A stretch of 63,016 nt of DNA, the filler included. It is 6 parts of 6 records of this genome, joined end to end, with 100 filler letters (N's around TTAATTAATTAA, not from the genome) between each part and the next. Parts side by side here need not be neighbours in the genome. Positions count along the whole stretch, not along the records: positions 57,881 to 63,016 come from SRR2962707_4487; 5 more parts are not named here. One strand, 5' to 3'. The notes under the pieces are model-generated. The model made no database searches. It saw only the letters and a program-made list of their open reading frames with translations, and was not told the DNA's origin. A program made the position numbers and the translations under genes. This document shows positions 59,927 through 63,016 of the stretch, one piece after another. Position 1 is the first letter of the stretch; every line of letters begins with the position of its first letter.

Positions 59927-62512
59927 TTAACCAAAGATGCTTCGTTTGTACTTCAACTTGAGCATCGTCGTAACCTCGTCGATTTTCTGCAACGCATCGT
60001 CCAGCTCGGCTCGGGTGTGCCCTGTGTTGCAAAAGACCTTGAATTGTCACAGATCCTAGCAAGGTTGTTTTTTTCGATCAAACTTAAACAGCGCAACAAC
60101 ACCCACGCACCCGCTGAAATGCAGAACCTTGCCCGCGCGAGCATTACTGGCGTCGCCGGGAACCCCACGACCACGACCGCCTGCGCAAATTCATTTAACA
60201 AGCATTGAGAATGCGAAGAGAAAAACGTGCAGCCACATCGAGGGGCAACGAGCTCTCGTCACGTACCAGGCCACGCTTGAGGCACTCGCGTGAAAAGGCG
60301 GTGGTTTTGGTCGGGTGGTAGATCATCAGGGGGATCACTGGACTTCCTACATCGCCAAAAACTTCGCAACCCATCTCAATCAAGGAATCTCGGAAATAGT
60401 TGCTGTTGTCATACACAGCCCGCAACTTGTCCTTGCCGAGAGTTCCCATGGCGCGTCCTGAGTGACACAAAAAAAAAAAATGAAAATGAAAAAAAAAAGC
60501 GGGCAATCAGGGATTTGTCGGGCATACAGGTCAACAAACGAGAGGAGGAGTGCCAAAAAATGCCACACACCTTCAATGATGTCAAAGGCGCGAATTATCT
60601 GCTTGCATATGATTGGCGACATTGCCTCGGAAAAGGTGGACCCGGAGCTGCGGGCTTTGACTGCGTCGATGAAAGTTTTCGAACTTGCGATGTAGCCACC
60701 CATGCCACCGAATGATTTGGTAAAGGTGCCCATGAGGATATCAATGTCGGCCGGGTCGACGCCACAGTGCTACAATCACAAACCCCCGAAACGCCACCGC
60801 CAGCAGTGAGTAGTGGTACAACCGCAATGACACGGGAAGGAGCTCGAATCAAACACGGTGGCACGCTCCGAAGTGTTTGAACGAGTCAAACAGAAGCGGG
60901 TCGACGAACCTCGCACACGCCACGACCAGTAGGTCCAACCGCCCCAATCGAGTGTGCTTCGTCAACGTAGATGTAGCACTTGTACCTTTCCACGAAAAAA
61001 TGCAAACAACACAGGTCGAGGCACAGTAAAGTCGAGTGCATGCGTCCCGCGCCCTCGTTGGTGAGACGACGGGGAGCCAAATAGCAGTTTCACCGAGACG
61101 GAGAAGACTCTGCACATGGACAATCGTGACGGACTTTTTCGCAACTGCCACGATAGACTTCAAGTCGCAGATCTGGCCTTCCATGGAGTAAACTCCTTCC
61201 ACCATCACCAAGATCTTCGTCCATGCGCGATGCGAGCGGGGTCTCCCCTCGACAATCGACTCTCGCAAAATCTTGTCCAACTGTTTAGCATCATTGTGCC
61301 GGAAAACCCTGACTGTCGCGCCAGACCCCCGCGCGCCATTGACGATGGAAGCCTTGGTTGCGAGAGAACGAACAGCAAAGTCACACAAACGCGTAAAAAA
61401 CAAGACCACACAAAAAATGCCCAATGCCGACCCGAGCGAGGCGTTCCGTGGGGCGAGCTTGCCTGCCAAAAAGACACTTACGTGATTCAGTGAGTCGGAA
61501 AGAATCAAACTGCCCGGCCCCATCAAGGCCGGCACCACCGTGGAGTTGGTGCCATACCCCATGTTGAACACGAACGCGTCTTCCTTTCCCACAAACTCGG
61601 CCACTTTTCGCTCCAGCTCTTTGTGAAGCGCGTTGGTGCCAGCGTCAAGTCGGGGCGACCCCGAGCCCACGCTGTAATCTTCAAAAGCAGAAAAGACGTA
61701 CTCTTTGCAAGTCGAATTCCAATCGTCAGCAAAGCCTGCCAAACGCCGTGTACGAGCATTGGTACACCATTAAGTTGCACAGGAAAAAAACGATCGGCAG
61801 CCTGGCCGGGAGCCGGGCAGGCAGGGAGGCAGGCAGCAGGCAGGCAGGCAAGCAACGCACACGCAAGATCCTCCAAAAAATGCGGAAAAAAAAAAAAAAA
61901 TGCGCAAGCGTCGGCACTCCAGAACGTACCAAGGTAATTGTAGGAGCCAAGGTTCAGGCAGTCCTTGTGGTTCTCGGGAGCCGTGGCCGGGGCCTTGGCT
62001 TCAAAGACAACCCCATCTTTCGACTCACGTTTCACGACCTTGATGCGGGCTCCCGGTGGGCCGGTGTACGGCCGGTTGAACACGTCCTGGCACCGGTGGT
62101 ACATGCGCCGCGTGAAAAAGCCGTCGAACAGGTACACGAGCGGCGCGTAGCCGTTCTTGAACGAGTCGATGATGGACGCCTTGTAGCGCGACCACCCAAA
62201 CAGCCGCGCGGCGTAGTCGCGCATCACGCCAAACACCAGCAGCACCACGTAGCTACCGTGGACGCGCAACACGCACACACACACAGTAGCACACAGCAGC
62301 ACACAGCAGCGCAGCAGAAAGTGAGCAACAAACAACGAGGAGGACACCAAGCACAAAGGGAGGGACGGGGGTTGAGGGGGAGGGACGTGGGTGTCAGAAG
62401 TGTCAAGTGACAACAAAACGGCTGCAGTGCAGAGCACGGCCACGCACCACATCTGAGTCGTGACAACACTGAAGAGCGTGATGGGGTTCTCCCCTCCATC
62501 TTTTGCCCCCAT
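59927..62512 (-). CDS. LCB2: Serine palmitoyltransferase catalytic subunit LCB2/SPT2, multi-exon
   Basis: [69 protein letters not shown] (PLP Lys), [17 protein letters not shown]. Confidence 0.92.
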
Positions 62513-62514
62513 GA

Positions 62515-62623
62515 CAGCAGCAGCAGCAGTAGTAGCAGTAGCAGTAGCAGTGGCAGTACTACTAGTTGTAGTAGCAGTAGCAGTGGGAGTAGTAGCAGTA
62601 GCAGTAGCAGCAGCAGCAGTAGC
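62515..62623. repeat. (GCA)/(GCAGTA)n microsatellite in the LCB2 5' flank
   Basis: Tandem gcagta/gca/gta units. Confidence 0.85.
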
Positions 62624-62949
62624 AGGGAGAGAGAGAAAGCGGGAACAGGAGAAGAACAAGGACAAGAACAACAACAAGAACGAGAACGAGAACGAGAGGA
62701 AGCTTCCCGGACCCCGGCAGCTGAACGCTTGTGCAGACCGACACCGAAGCGGGAAGTTACCGAGTGAAGGTGGTGGTGGTGGTGGGAAGATGAAGAACAC
62801 GAACAGAAGGCCCCGCACGCGAAGGCGACGACGGGAAGAAAAAGAAAAACACGAAAAACACGAGAGAATGAAACGGGTGGCGGTGAGTTCGTGAGCGGGG
62901 TGGTAGAGAGAGGGCGGGCGAGTGATGATGACAGCGAGCGAGCGCGCGT

Positions 62950-63016
62950 AGAGACAGAGAGACAGAGACGACAGAGCGACAGAGACGACAGAGAGACAGA
63001 GAGACAGACAGAGAGA
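62950..63016. repeat. (GAGACA)n microsatellite at window end
   Basis: Imperfect gagaca tandem array. Confidence 0.85.

Noticed and set aside
62513-62894. Poly-Ala/Thr N-terminal extension of LCB2 and overlapping low-complexity ORFs
   Set aside because: These are stop-free microsatellite frames; the ATG at 62512 gives a typical LCB2 start.
1-63016. CRISPR arrays, tRNA/rRNA, transposases, prophage or defence genes
   Set aside because: None recognised by eye; the only tandem repeats seen are eukaryotic microsatellites.

Overview
This window is not one genome. It contains six unrelated contigs joined by artificial 100-nt spacers (44 N + TTAATTAATTAA + 44 N). (1) 1-24990: a gammaproteobacterial, Marinobacter-like LPS-core locus running from a TPP riboswitch/tolC/waaA to ilvE. 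Inside it is a three-gene operon homologous to the Campylobacter jejuni phosphoramidate pathway (Cj1418 glutamine kinase, here fused to a degenerate nucleotidyltransferase domain; Cj1417 gamma-glutamyl-CDP-amidate hydrolase; Cj1416 cytidylyltransferase). The operon is flanked by a sulfotransferase-fold protein with altered PAPS motifs and a ParB/Srx-fold protein. This is the best candidate for an undescribed system: phosphoramidate decoration of LPS core without the Cj1415 3'-kinase or methyltransferases. (2) 25091-37619: an alphaproteobacterial metabolic contig (metY, MFS, hutF, peptide ABC, USP with FNR box, class III aminotransferase, TauD-like, ilvD). (3) 37720-44544: an intron-rich protist contig (signal-peptide AKR, IQ/coiled-coil protein). 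(4) 44645-51922: Hyphomicrobiales-like frcC-frcA-frcK and livHMGF-orf-livK. (5) 52023-57780: a protist contig with a METTL21-like methyltransferase-PhyH dioxygenase fusion and the 3' part of an IDI fusion gene. (6) 57881-63016: a protist contig with a probable ER-lumenal GST (signal peptide, KHEL) and serine palmitoyltransferase LCB2. All family assignments come from motif recognition by eye; no database searches were run.
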